A DNA stretch of 64,000 nucleotides from a virus, in IMG/VR virus record IMGVR_UViG_3300005264_000003, positions 23,349 through 87,348 of that record; one strand, 5' to 3'. How positions within the stretch are numbered: the first letter of the stretch is position 1; the number at the start of each line of letters is the position of its first letter. Made by a program: the position numbers and the translations under genes. Shown in pieces: positions 50,382 to 61,400 of this stretch. A model generated the notes under the pieces. The model was not told the DNA's origin and did not search any database. It worked only from the letters and a program-made list of their open reading frames with translations.

Positions 50382-51457
50382 AATACGACATAGCATTAAA
50401 ATTTGAAAAAGCCTATATTGATAAACTGAACTCAATTAGCGATAAGATGGAATCAGTTCATTTCTCGCTAGGATTAGAGTTCGGTCTGGACGCAAGGAAA
50501 GAATGTAAGTTTGACTTAGCTAAGATTGAAAAAAGCTTAAAGCGTCTAGATCCATCTATTAAGAGATACGTTACGCTTAATGGTAGGTTTATTTCTCCAG
50601 ATAAGTTTTCTGAGAGATATTTAATAGGGCTATCTAACTTGCTTGTTGGATGGGCTAAGCTTGGCCTGCTTGATGGAATATTATTTTTAGATTTTTATTT
50701 CATCAAAGCATTATGTAAAGCTAATTCTGAAATTACAGAACACTTAACACTTATTCCTTCAATTAACTGTGAGATTGACTCTATAGAAAAGCTTAACCAG
50801 TACATGTCACACTTAGATGCCATTAAAGCTGGCCTTGTTCCAGAAAAGATCATATTGGATAGATCTCTAAATAGGAAGCTAGGTAAGCTAGGTGACCTAT
50901 GTAGCTATGTTAGAGACAGATATCCTGAAATGAAAGTGGAGCTATTGGCTAATGAGGGATGTTTACTTCATTGTCCATTTAAGGTCAATCATGATATAAA
51001 CATATCTTGTAGCTCAAATACGAGCGAAGAGTGGCTAATGTATTCGTCCTTGATGTCGAGTAAGTATGGAGACATAGACTCTGATAACTTAAATGAGTCT
51101 TGCTTGCAGATATGGGCAGATCATCCAGAGGACATAATTAAGACTCCGTTTATTAGGCCAGAAGATCAAGACAGGTACAGCGGGATGGCTGATATAATTA
51201 AGATATCTGGCAAGATGATAGATACTCAAATATTACTAAAAATTCTACATCAATACATTAATAAAAAGTCTATTACAAATCTAATAGAGATTCTTGATGC
51301 TCCTAGTAGCTTAAAAGATACGTATTACCTAAAAGGCTTTGATTTTCCAGTAGACTTTATAGAAAAGGTTGGGAACTGTGATAAAGACTGTTTATCGTGC
51401 AGCTATTGTAACAAGATATCAGATGAATTTTGCATAAAATATTCCGATGAAGAATAA
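50378..51457 (+). CDS. U32 'peptidase' family protein (Fe-S TIM-barrel type)
   Basis: 'YVTLN', 'PSINCEI', 'IILDRSLNR', 'VELLANEGCLLHCP', 'FIRPED', 'IKISGK', C-terminal CxxxCxxCxxC. Confidence 0.75.
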   Translation: MKYDIALKFEKAYIDKLNSISDKMESVHFSLGLEFGLDARKECKFDLAKIEKSLKRLDPSIKRYVTLNGRFISPDKFSERYLIGLSNLLVGWAKLGLLDGILFLDFYFIKALCKANSEITEHLTLIPSINCEIDSIEKLNQYMSHLDAIKAGLVPEKIILDRSLNRKLGKLGDLCSYVRDRYPEMKVELLANEGCLLHCPFKVNHDINISCSSNTSEEWLMYSSLMSSKYGDIDSDNLNESCLQIWADHPEDIIKTPFIRPEDQDRYSGMADIIKISGKMIDTQILLKILHQYINKKSITNLIEILDAPSSLKDTYYLKGFDFPVDFIEKVGNCDKDCLSCSYCNKISDEFCIKYSDEE

Positions 51458-51469
51458 GGAGAGCGTTAA

Positions 51470-53482
51470 ATGTCTACACAAACAACATTCATACAACTAG
51501 ATCTATTAGAGTTAGGAGAAAATCCTGGTACATGGGGGCTTAACTTAAATGTTAACTTCAATTTAATTGACAACACGCTCAAGCGAGCCATTAATAACCA
51601 GGCTAGTGCGGCATCAATGGGAGCGCCAGCTGATGATGGCTTCCTCGACACTGGAGCTGGTGTAACATGGTTTGATACATCAATAGACCTTCTTAAAATA
51701 AAATCATCTGCCGGTGCATGGAAGCCAGTCTCATATCACAGACACGGCATAACAGAAGGCATACCAGGGCTAAATTTATCTAGTGAAATAGATGCAGAAA
51801 CAGTATTGTCATCTACTAACGTACAGTACTCAGGACTAGACTCTGAAAAACTTGGTCATTTTTTGTGGAGTGAATATTTCAGGCAAGCGGGATCTGAACT
51901 AGAAGCAGACGGACAGCACATTAACTTAAAGGCAATTCCTTCGCTAGAGACAGGCGAGTCAAACTTAGTTACAGTAGATGCATATGGTAGAATTACATCT
52001 GCTCAAAAAACTAACAGCTCTGCAGCTCTGGGCTTAACAGATGTTCTTACAATAAATAATGCAGCTACAAATTACTATGACAAGGTTAAGGTTGATAATA
52101 TTCTTGGTTTTTCGCATCTTGAAAATGGAGGAACAAGGAATGTTGTGGCATGGGCTGACGCTAGGTATGGATTAAAGTCAAAAGAGCATGACGAGAACCA
52201 CGTACATGTAGAGAATGCATTGCTTGCTGGATCTAGTACACAGAAGTTCTCAGTAGCCCTACTTGATGGTGATATCGGAACTGATCCCGGTAAGGCAATG
52301 AATAAGTCTCAGCTCGATGCTAGATATATGTTAAAAACAGCTGTAGGTGGACAAATACAAGAAACAGTAACTGGTGAAGTTAAGTACTTAGCATCAGCAT
52401 ACTATGATCCTACTAATCAAATTGCAGGATCAGGTGGTAATCCCGAAGACTATGAGTTAGTGCATAAGAAATTTGTAAACGACTGGATTACAACTCTTAA
52501 TGGGGACTTAACTGGGCTGTTAAGAAAAACAGATACAGATACATATTACCATCCATTAAAAGGCGGAGCTTCTCCTTATGCGGAACTGAATGTCCCGGAT
52601 CCTGGAGCAAATACTAGCGGACCCGTTCCATTGTCAAGACTTCAATCTTTCGTTGCAGATAAGATAGCTTTACATATGTCTGCAGGACACTCTCAGTATG
52701 ATTCTATTGTAGTACCAGAAGTAAGTGAGTCAACTAATAAAAGAAACTGCATATTAACAGCATCCATTGATGCTTCTGGTAACCATAACTGGTACACTAT
52801 ATCAGGACTTGAGCTTAGAGTTAATATACCGCTAACTGACAATACTAATAGCCGGTTCGACAACTCATTGCTTGTTAGTTGCGTGTCAGGCTTCAGTGGA
52901 GAGACAGGATCTAAAGATGTAATAATGACAGTTGATGATCAGTGGAACTGGACTGGCACTGATGACATTATTAATGAGAACTTTATTTTATTTCCAGCTA
53001 ATTCAAAGGGCTACTTTGGACTTGAAAGAGACAGGGTAACTAATGATACCTCATGGTTTATATCAGAAAGAGATTATGATACATTGCTAGCATGGGACTA
53101 TGAGCAGAGGTTTATGCCAATAGAGCCAGAGGTTAATGAGTATTGGCTAGATACAAATACTATGAAGTTATTTAAGTGGGAAGAATATGATCCAACTGGA
53201 GCTCCGGGTATCTATGCTTGGATGGATAACACATCCAGAGTACCTGTCGGTACTTGGTCTACAGATGAGACTGACGTAACAGTATCTATATATGATATTA
53301 GAGCTGAAATGGAGCCGCTAAATCCTACAGAATTCTCTAAATATACAGTAGCTAGCATACCAGATGCTACAAAGTATTTTGGATTCCAGATATTCATTAC
53401 AGATGAATCTGGTGGAGCATGCATGGCTGTTTCAGACGGAGTAGACTGGAAGAGAATTTACGATAACGTAACTGTATCATAA
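51470..53482 (+). CDS. Putative tail fibre protein
   Basis: N-terminal 'GENPGTWG.NLN.NF..ID'; C-terminal 'YTVASIP...FITDESGG..AVSDGVDWKR' fibre-type motifs. Confidence 0.6.
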   Translation: MSTQTTFIQLDLLELGENPGTWGLNLNVNFNLIDNTLKRAINNQASAASMGAPADDGFLDTGAGVTWFDTSIDLLKIKSSAGAWKPVSYHRHGITEGIPGLNLSSEIDAETVLSSTNVQYSGLDSEKLGHFLWSEYFRQAGSELEADGQHINLKAIPSLETGESNLVTVDAYGRITSAQKTNSSAALGLTDVLTINNAATNYYDKVKVDNILGFSHLENGGTRNVVAWADARYGLKSKEHDENHVHVENALLAGSSTQKFSVALLDGDIGTDPGKAMNKSQLDARYMLKTAVGGQIQETVTGEVKYLASAYYDPTNQIAGSGGNPEDYELVHKKFVNDWITTLNGDLTGLLRKTDTDTYYHPLKGGASPYAELNVPDPGANTSGPVPLSRLQSFVADKIALHMSAGHSQYDSIVVPEVSESTNKRNCILTASIDASGNHNWYTISGLELRVNIPLTDNTNSRFDNSLLVSCVSGFSGETGSKDVIMTVDDQWNWTGTDDIINENFILFPANSKGYFGLERDRVTNDTSWFISERDYDTLLAWDYEQRFMPIEPEVNEYWLDTNTMKLFKWEEYDPTGAPGIYAWMDNTSRVPVGTWSTDETDVTVSIYDIRAEMEPLNPTEFSKYTVASIPDATKYFGFQIFITDESGGACMAVSDGVDWKRIYDNVTVS

Positions 53483-53485
53483 CTT

Positions 53486-53510
53486 AAAGGGGCTTAGGTC
53501 CCTTTTTTAT
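53486..53510 (+). terminator. Intrinsic terminator ending the tail operon segment
   Basis: AAAGGGGC-TTAG-GTCCCTTT followed by TTTAT. Confidence 0.75.
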
Positions 53511-53616
53511 TGAGAGAGAACTAAGGGTCACGAATTGGTGAGTATTTAATTCAGATATGCAATAAATAATATGTCTTTAGTTTAGCAATTTAAGTTAATA
53601 ACAAGCAGGAGATATT

Positions 53617-53847
53617 ATGATTAATATAATGAAGTACAAAGCTCTATTTGCATCTAAGACAATCTGGGGATTAATCATTACATGCATAGCTAGAGCTACT
53701 GGCTCGTCAGTTGATATCGACGATGCCATGCTGCAACAAGTTATAGAGCTAGCCTCAATGTTACTTGAGGTCGGGGGCGGTTTACTAGCTGTATATGGTC
53801 GAATTGTTGCAAAAGAGCCAATAAACTTCAATGGAAAGGAAACTTAA
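53617..53847 (+). CDS. Small membrane protein, putative holin
   Basis: 'K..F.SKTIWG...LLAVYGRIVA', two hydrophobic segments; first gene of the lysis cluster. Confidence 0.55.
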   Translation: MINIMKYKALFASKTIWGLIITCIARATGSSVDIDDAMLQQVIELASMLLEVGGGLLAVYGRIVAKEPINFNGKET

Positions 53848-53860
53848 ATAAGGAGAATAT

Positions 53861-54478
53861 ATGTCCGATAAATTAGATCAATCAGAATATCAAAACCTCG
53901 ATGCGAGGCTTAGAGAAGTTGAATCAAGCACTAATGTGATTTCGGTAACCATTAGCAATGTTGGTCAGGATATTTCAGATCTAAAGAAAATGATGCAATC
54001 ATTTATGGCTCAAACAGTTAAGGTTGCCGAGCTCGGAGTAAAAGTTCGAGTCCTAGATAGACTAGGAGACAAAGTAGAGCTAATGGACAAGAGGCAAGAC
54101 GACTTAAACAGTAAGATAGTGGAAATGAAGAGCGATCAAAGAACATGCTTATCTACTAAGCGTAGATCAGATGATTTCATATCAAGCCTTGGTACCAAGG
54201 TAACTAGCTTAGAGTCTCAGACGCTAAAACAGCTAACAACCATACAGGCAGACTTATCCATCTTAAAAAATAAGCATAAAAAAGTAGATGGTGTGTTGTG
54301 GAGCTGGGGAAGTAATGCTGGCTGGCTCTTTATAGCAGGGCTATTTTATTTGCTGTTAAATCATGGACCTGAGGCTGCGTCATATTTAAGAGGCAGTACG
54401 CAAAATCCGATACCAAAAGCAATAGTACAGTACAATAGCCAACAGGGAGACATTAAGGATGAAAGAACTTATAAGTAA
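53861..54478 (+). CDS. Coiled-coil protein with C-terminal TM helix (lysis-associated)
   Basis: Heptad-rich N-terminus, 'AGWLFIAGLFYLLL' TM segment. Confidence 0.5.
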   Translation: MSDKLDQSEYQNLDARLREVESSTNVISVTISNVGQDISDLKKMMQSFMAQTVKVAELGVKVRVLDRLGDKVELMDKRQDDLNSKIVEMKSDQRTCLSTKRRSDDFISSLGTKVTSLESQTLKQLTTIQADLSILKNKHKKVDGVLWSWGSNAGWLFIAGLFYLLLNHGPEAASYLRGSTQNPIPKAIVQYNSQQGDIKDERTYK

Positions 54479-54755
54479 GCTAGGCGACAATACATTTAAC
54501 TTTATATATCTTGCTATATCTGCTATATTAGTATACATCTCATTTGTATATGGAATAAGCTATCTGCAAATCATATCAATAGCATTAGTTAAGGTTGGTA
54601 TATATACATTTACAAGCACATGGTTAGTTCGATTTCTTAATGGCTTAAATTGTAATATCTATGAAGAGATATTTGAAAAGCAAAACATAGCAGCAGCATT
54701 ATTAGTCTCAGGATTATTGCTTGGATTATCAATTGTTATAGCTATAGCAGTTTAG
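54459..54755 (+). CDS. DUF350-like multi-TM membrane protein (holin candidate)
   Basis: Three hydrophobic segments; 'EEIFEKQNIAAALLVSGLLLGLSIVIA' DUF350-like. Confidence 0.55.
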   Translation: MKELISKLGDNTFNFIYLAISAILVYISFVYGISYLQIISIALVKVGIYTFTSTWLVRFLNGLNCNIYEEIFEKQNIAAALLVSGLLLGLSIVIAIAV

Positions 54756-54763
54756 GATATGAT

Positions 54764-55387
54764 ATGAAATATATACTGATAGTATTAGCATTACTGCTTA
54801 CATCAACTGTCTATGCTGAGACAGACTGCACTATGTGTCATTCAGATAATGCATTGCAATACAATGCTGTAAGAATAGCTGATCAGTATGAAGGATTAAC
54901 AGAGTTAACAAATAAAAATGACGGACCCGAAATTACTGAATGGTTATCTAATACAGGACTAGGGTCCGGTTATCCTTACTGTGCAGCATTTACATATAGT
55001 ATGTATAAGGAGTCTCGTGACTTCTTGCATATTAAAAATACAACTCTTCCATATAGGTCAGCAAGAGTATCTTCTATCTATTATTATGCAAAGAAAAATC
55101 CATTCAAGTATACAGTTATAACTCCTGGTCAAGTTAAGCTAGGAATACACAGTTTATGTGAGGGAGATATTCCAATATGGACACGAAGCGCAGAGTCAGT
55201 TGAGAACTTTAACGGACACACTGGACTAGTAATAGAGCAGGTTAATCAAGTAGAATTTAAAACTATAGAAGCCAACACAATGTCAAGCAATAAAGGTGAT
55301 CAAGGTGAAGGCGGCGGAGTATTCTATAAGACTAGATATGTAGATGATCCAAGTTTTCGACTCAAAGGCTTTATAAGACTTAAATAA
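54764..55387 (+). CDS. CHAP-domain peptidoglycan hydrolase (endolysin) with signal peptide
   Basis: 'PYCAAF', 'GHTGLV', 'TIEAN' catalytic motifs; N-terminal MKY-hydrophobic-VYA/E signal peptide. Confidence 0.8.
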   Translation: MKYILIVLALLLTSTVYAETDCTMCHSDNALQYNAVRIADQYEGLTELTNKNDGPEITEWLSNTGLGSGYPYCAAFTYSMYKESRDFLHIKNTTLPYRSARVSSIYYYAKKNPFKYTVITPGQVKLGIHSLCEGDIPIWTRSAESVENFNGHTGLVIEQVNQVEFKTIEANTMSSNKGDQGEGGGVFYKTRYVDDPSFRLKGFIRLK

Positions 55388-55396
55388 GAGGCAAGA

Positions 55397-58300
55397 ATGT
55401 TTATTACTGTTGATGAAAATAAAATAAATGCAAACACCATAAAGACTTTAAGGGCTGATGGAGTAAAAACTGTCATAGAGCTCATTCATGGCTCTGACAG
55501 CAAGCAGTTTATAGTAATAGACGAAACTCTTGCAAATGTACTTAATATTATTGCTATAGATGCTGACTGGTTGTCATTCGCAGTATCTGTAAATGATGAT
55601 ACAGAGACACTTATTTGCGTGAATCAAGTTAAGAGATTTAACAGAGATGAAAATGATGTAAGTAATAGTATAGTAGAGTTTAAGGATGGTGAATATAAGA
55701 AAGTTAACATAAGTACAGAAGCACTTAGTTCTGTATCAGATAACTTATCTACACCAGGCCTAGGCCCAGCGGGGCGAGACGGCATCTCAATAGTTTGGCA
55801 AGGAGATTCTGAGGTACATCCATCAAACCCAGGAAATGGATGGGCATATAAAAATACATCAGACGGCAATTCTTATATTTACCAAGGTGGCGTCTGGTAC
55901 CAAATGACTGTTGATGGAGTTGATGGCCAGGACGGTGAAGATGGTAAGTCAATTATATGGATGGGCGATGTAGTCAATCCAGATACTCTTGGCAATCCAG
56001 AGCCTGGATGGACGTACAGGGATTCTGATGATGGAAGGATCTATATAAGAAATGACAACAACACTGCATGGGAGCTAATGGTTCTTGATGGTAGTGACGG
56101 CACGGATGGTGCTGTAGGTCAAGATGGTAATTCTGTATATATTACTTACCATAATAATCCTGTATTTACATCACCAGCAAGGCCAGTTGATGGCACTGAT
56201 GGCACTGAATTAGGATGGCATACAGATTCTGCATCAGAAGTAAACTGGATGTCTCAGAAGTTAGCTAAATTGCCAACTGAGGGCGTGTGGGGAGAACCAA
56301 TTCTACTTACTGGCCAAGACGGTCAAAGCGGCATATCAATATCATGGAAAGGCGAACTAGTTGCTGCTCCAGAAAATCCAGAAGACAATTGGTCTTATAG
56401 AAATACTACAAATGGTATTGTGTATATCTATAATATGAGCGTTCCTGGATGGGAAATTATGACTATTGATGGCGCTGACGGTATAGATGGCGTTGATGCT
56501 ATTATGCAATACACATGGATTAAGTATGCCGAGGATGATGCAGGGGCTAACATGTCTGACTCTCCTGATGGCAAGGCTTACATGGGAGTTGCATATAATC
56601 AGATAACTGAAGATGAGTCTGATGAAGCATCTGACTATGTATGGACACTAACTAAGGGTGATAAAGGCATACCAGGAGAAGCTGGTACAAATACATACAC
56701 ATGGATCAGATATGCAGATGACATTAACGGATCAGGATTAACAGATAATCCAGTTGACAAATTATATATTGGCTTAGCATATAACAAAGAAGATATTAAT
56801 GAGTCTAGTATTGCTACAGACTATACATGGTCCCTATTTAGAGGTGATGATGGAGTACCTGGTCTTGATGGCTTATCTATATTCATTACATATAATGACA
56901 ATGATGTTAATGATGAGCCTAATGTGCCTTCTGGAAATGGTACGCTTGGAGGATGGCATACCGATGCAACACCAACCGTTAAGTGGATCTCTCAGAAGAT
57001 ATCAGATACGGCCAGTAATGGTGTTTGGGGAACTCCGATTTGTATATCTGGCGCAGATGGTAAAGACGGTAAAGACGGAGAGAGTGGTTCAGATGCTCAT
57101 TACTTAGATCTTAATAGCTTTGGAGGAATATTCTTCTTAAAGAAGTCTGGGTCTAATGGAAGCCTAGCAAGTGACTGGACTGACCTTGGCCGTTTTACCA
57201 TAGCAGCACTTTCGGATGAAGAAGTTACCTGGGTTTCAATTGGCCTTAGTCAGAACTATACAGGTACAGGTGCAGCAAGAGATATTTATTCTGTGTCTAA
57301 TGCAGGGTCTCCATATATAACGAATGAGTCTGCAACAATAACAGCATCAACTCCTAGTGGAATAGTGAAGAATATCACTATCAGAAAACTAGATACTGTA
57401 GATGGTACGTACATAGATGAGAATGGTATCTATACAGGCTACTTAACAGCTGAGCAAATCAGAGTTGGTGCTGGGTGGACTGACATGCCTACCGATGGTG
57501 CTGATAAGACATCCAGCAACACAGCTAATGATACATCTAACATAGGCGGTACGCCAGTATCTGAAGTAAAGAGCAGCCTGGCATTTGCTGAAGATACTAT
57601 TAATGCAATGTCAGATGATACAATCCTCTCTATATCAGAAAAAGAATACTGGAGAGGGCTATGGCAAGCAATAACAGGTGAGTATAGCTCAATATTAACT
57701 AATGCACCACTCCAAAACATAGGCCCAGGTAATGACATATATGATAGCTATGTATCAGCAAAAGACAACTTAGAATTATACTTAACCAACGCTGGAGTAT
57801 GGACTAATCCGCAAGAAAGTTATGCAATTACAGGCTCTGAGCTATCTGCCGCATCTGAATTGTATTACAATAAAGTGCAAAACTTACTAACGTTAATCAG
57901 TACAATTTCCACAGAAGATGCTGCTGAGGTTAGCTTGGATATTATATCTAGAGCAGATAAGTTTCAGGTGGACTTTGACCTAACTAACAATAATAACGGT
58001 ACTCAGCCTGCAGATCCAGAGTCTGTACTGGTTAAGTATAATTTACTATCAGATGGTACGGTTAGTGTTAATATGTCTTGGGAATACAATGAAACAGACC
58101 TATTTCATGATATAGATGGGTTTATGGTATACTTATACATAAGCAATAATGGCAGTGAATACGTATACGGATTAGATAAGAGTAATGAAATTATAAGTTT
58201 TGCAGATAAGACAAAAAGAGTTATTAACATAACAAGAATACCTCAAGAAAAGTACATTACTATCGGAGTACAAGCATACAGAGCTGTGAGCAAAAGCATT

Positions 58301-58417
58301 ATTAAGGACGGAATGCTTTTCTCTAATATAATAAAATCCTCAGAATTAGAAAACAATCCATATAATGCAGAGTTGATTATAGAGCTACCTACTTCTGTTG
58401 AAATAGCGCTTTTATAG
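55397..58417 (+). CDS. Modular tail fibre/minor structural protein with collagen-like linkers
   Basis: G-x-D-G triplets separating repeated modules 'SIxWxG..WxY', 'YTWIxYA', 'GWHTD..WxSQK'. Confidence 0.7.
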   Translation: MFITVDENKINANTIKTLRADGVKTVIELIHGSDSKQFIVIDETLANVLNIIAIDADWLSFAVSVNDDTETLICVNQVKRFNRDENDVSNSIVEFKDGEYKKVNISTEALSSVSDNLSTPGLGPAGRDGISIVWQGDSEVHPSNPGNGWAYKNTSDGNSYIYQGGVWYQMTVDGVDGQDGEDGKSIIWMGDVVNPDTLGNPEPGWTYRDSDDGRIYIRNDNNTAWELMVLDGSDGTDGAVGQDGNSVYITYHNNPVFTSPARPVDGTDGTELGWHTDSASEVNWMSQKLAKLPTEGVWGEPILLTGQDGQSGISISWKGELVAAPENPEDNWSYRNTTNGIVYIYNMSVPGWEIMTIDGADGIDGVDAIMQYTWIKYAEDDAGANMSDSPDGKAYMGVAYNQITEDESDEASDYVWTLTKGDKGIPGEAGTNTYTWIRYADDINGSGLTDNPVDKLYIGLAYNKEDINESSIATDYTWSLFRGDDGVPGLDGLSIFITYNDNDVNDEPNVPSGNGTLGGWHTDATPTVKWISQKISDTASNGVWGTPICISGADGKDGKDGESGSDAHYLDLNSFGGIFFLKKSGSNGSLASDWTDLGRFTIAALSDEEVTWVSIGLSQNYTGTGAARDIYSVSNAGSPYITNESATITASTPSGIVKNITIRKLDTVDGTYIDENGIYTGYLTAEQIRVGAGWTDMPTDGADKTSSNTANDTSNIGGTPVSEVKSSLAFAEDTINAMSDDTILSISEKEYWRGLWQAITGEYSSILTNAPLQNIGPGNDIYDSYVSAKDNLELYLTNAGVWTNPQESYAITGSELSAASELYYNKVQNLLTLISTISTEDAAEVSLDIISRADKFQVDFDLTNNNNGTQPADPESVLVKYNLLSDGTVSVNMSWEYNETDLFHDIDGFMVYLYISNNGSEYVYGLDKSNEIISFADKTKRVINITRIPQEKYITIGVQAYRAVSKSIIKDGMLFSNIIKSSELENNPYNAELIIELPTSVEIALL

Positions 58418-58425
58418 GAGAAGAG

Positions 58426-61400
58426 ATGTGGTATAGAATAGGACTAGTAAGCGTAGAAAATAATAGCAATATAATTACAGGCAGTAGTACGTTTTGGTAT
58501 TCACAAATAAAACCTGGAGATATATTTAAAGGATCTGGTGATGTTTTATATGAGATTCGCTCAATACAATCAGACACACAAATAACTTTAGTTGACGCTT
58601 ATATAGGATCAACACAATCTAATGCTTCATATAGCATAATACGAAACTTTACATATACACTAAACGCTGATATTGCCAATAGCATATCTAACCTAGTAAG
58701 TAGGTGGAGAGTTAGAGATAGCGAGCTAACTGATTGGTCTAGCGGGACTGCCGATGGCGGCCCAAGTGGCAATGGTGAGTTTCCGTTAACTGGCCCTTAT
58801 GGTGCAGTTGAGATGGTTGCATCTCCATCCAAGATATCATATCTAGCTAGCGGATCAGAGGCTGCAAAAAATCATGCAGAAGAGTGGGCTAGTAAAGCTG
58901 AGGATTTCTTAGTATCTATAGGTGCTGGTGCTGATGGAGCAAATGACTACTCTGCATTACACTGGGCAAAAAAAGCTGAAGCATTTAGTCTTACTGTTGC
59001 TACATTAGAAGCTCGAGTAAGTCCTTATTATGCGAAGATTCAAATAGTATCTGATAATATTGATAATGTAAATACAGTAAGCGACAGCATTACTAATGTA
59101 AACGTAGTAGCTCCTAGTATTGCTAGTGTAAATACTGTAGCTGACTCAATAAGCAATGTAGATATAGTAGCTCCTAGCATTGCTAGTGTAAATACTGTAG
59201 CTGCTGGTATAGACCAGATCAATACGATTGCTGCAGATTTAACTGAAGTAGTATCTGAAATAAATACAGTTGCTGATGACTTAAATGAAGTTCAGTCTGA
59301 AATAAATACTGTAGCAGAATCTATAGATAATGTTGATATTGTAGGTGCAGATATTGATAACGTAAACACTACAGCTAACTCTATCGTTGATGTTAATGCA
59401 ACTGCTGCAAATATTACAGACATCAACACAGTGGCAATCAGTATTGCAAGCGTCAATAAGGTTACGACAGATATTGATAATGTAAATATTGTTGCTATGG
59501 ATATTGATAATGTAAATACAGTATCTAGCTCTATCGCTAATGTCAATATTGTTGCTATAGACTTAGCAGAGCCACTTTCTGAAATCAATACAGTAGCCAC
59601 AGATATTGATAACGTCAATACAGTAGGTGCAGATATTGATAACATTAATGCTGCTGCAGAGTCTATAGGAAACGTCAATACGGTTGCAAGTGTAATTGCG
59701 AATGTTAATACTACTGCAGCAAATATTACTAATGTAAATAAGGTAGCTGTCGTAGATAATAATGTTACAACTGTTGCTAATTCAATATCAAATGTCAATA
59801 CAACAGCAGCGAATATAGTTAATGTTAACAAAGTAGCAACTATAGATGACAGTGTAGTAACTGTAGCAGGGATAGATTCTGAGACCGTTGCAGTGTCTGG
59901 TATAGTTGGGAATGTAACTACAGTAGCTGGGAACATAGATAATGTCAATAAAGTATCTGTAGTTGATGCGAGCGTTACAGCTGTTGCCGCTATTGATGAA
60001 TCAGTAACGGTGGTTGCAAGTAATACAGCAAGCGTAAGTGCAGTAGCAGAATCAATATCTAGCGTCAATACGAATGCTGCGAATATTAGTGATATTCAAT
60101 CAGCATCAGCAAACGCTCTCTTAGCAAAAGACTATGCAGTGAAAAATGAGAACGTAGAAGTAGAGGCTGGTAAATATTCTGCATTACACTGGGCAACTAA
60201 GTCTGCCGAGAGCGCTAGTGTTTTTATTATTGAAGACACACTAACTAGCTCTTCAATAATAGCAGCTCTATCCGCCAATCAAGGAAAAGAGCTCAGCACT
60301 ACTAAAGTAGATAACTCAAGAGTTTTAACTGATGTTCCTGCTAATGCTGTCTTTACTGACACTGAAAAAATAACAAGCTTAAACATTAATGCTAACATCC
60401 TTACATATATAGACGAAGAAGGCACAGAAACTGATATTGACCTAAGCTTATATTTAGATGACACTAATCTCGCAAGACTTACTACTGGAACACTTAATGG
60501 CTCTACTGGAGTCGCAACATTTACTCGTGAAGATTCAACGACTTTTACGGTAGACTTTTCAGCTCTACTTGATGATACTGTATTAAGTGATGTCCAAGTA
60601 AAAGATGCATATGAGCGTAATTTAAATACAAATACATTTACAGATACAGAGAAGACAAAGCTTAATAGCATTGAAACTGGAGCTACGACAGATCAAACCA
60701 AAGCAGATATAGACGCTCTTAATATAAACGCTGGCAAGGTAAACAATAAGACTGTTGAAGCTAATGTGCCTACCGGAGCAGTGTTTACCGATACGCAAGT
60801 TGTTATCCAAGACAACCTAACATCAACATCGACAGATGAGGCTCTATCCGCCAATCAAGGTAAAGAGCTGAAGACTTTAGTAGATCAATCTTCTGGTAAA
60901 ACTGAATGGGAGGTTACTCAGGCAGCTCATGGATTCTCTGTGTTGGATGTTGTATATGTATCTACAGGAACTTGGGCTAAGGCTAAAGCTGATAATACTG
61001 AGACGCTTGGTTTAGGTGTGGTAACTGAGGTGATAGATACAAATACATTTAAAGCATCTCTGAGTGGATTCTACGAAGCCTCAGCACATGGTTTGACGGT
61101 GGATGAGTTCTATTATTTAAGTGATTCTATTGCTGGTGGACTGACAAGTACTGAGCCAGATAACTCACAACCAGTACTGTATGTTGTTGACGCTAACAAT
61201 GTGCTTATACTGCCATATCGTCCTAGCTCAACTCCTGTATCAGGTTATTCTGATATTACAACAGCAACAGGCGTGGCAGGTTCGACTACAGTTCCACTGA
61301 CTTATACACTAGATGCCTACGCAACGCAGACAGACCTCTCCCTGACAGTACAAGCATCAGTTTTCAGAAAATCAGTAATAGCACTTTGTGAGTTGACGAA

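Noticed and set aside
1-53482. Bacterial eCIS/tailocin or T6SS rather than a phage
   Set aside because: Size, multiple fibres, an RNAP and an Mtd-like gene fit a large phage better; capsid genes are not in the window, so this cannot be fully excluded.
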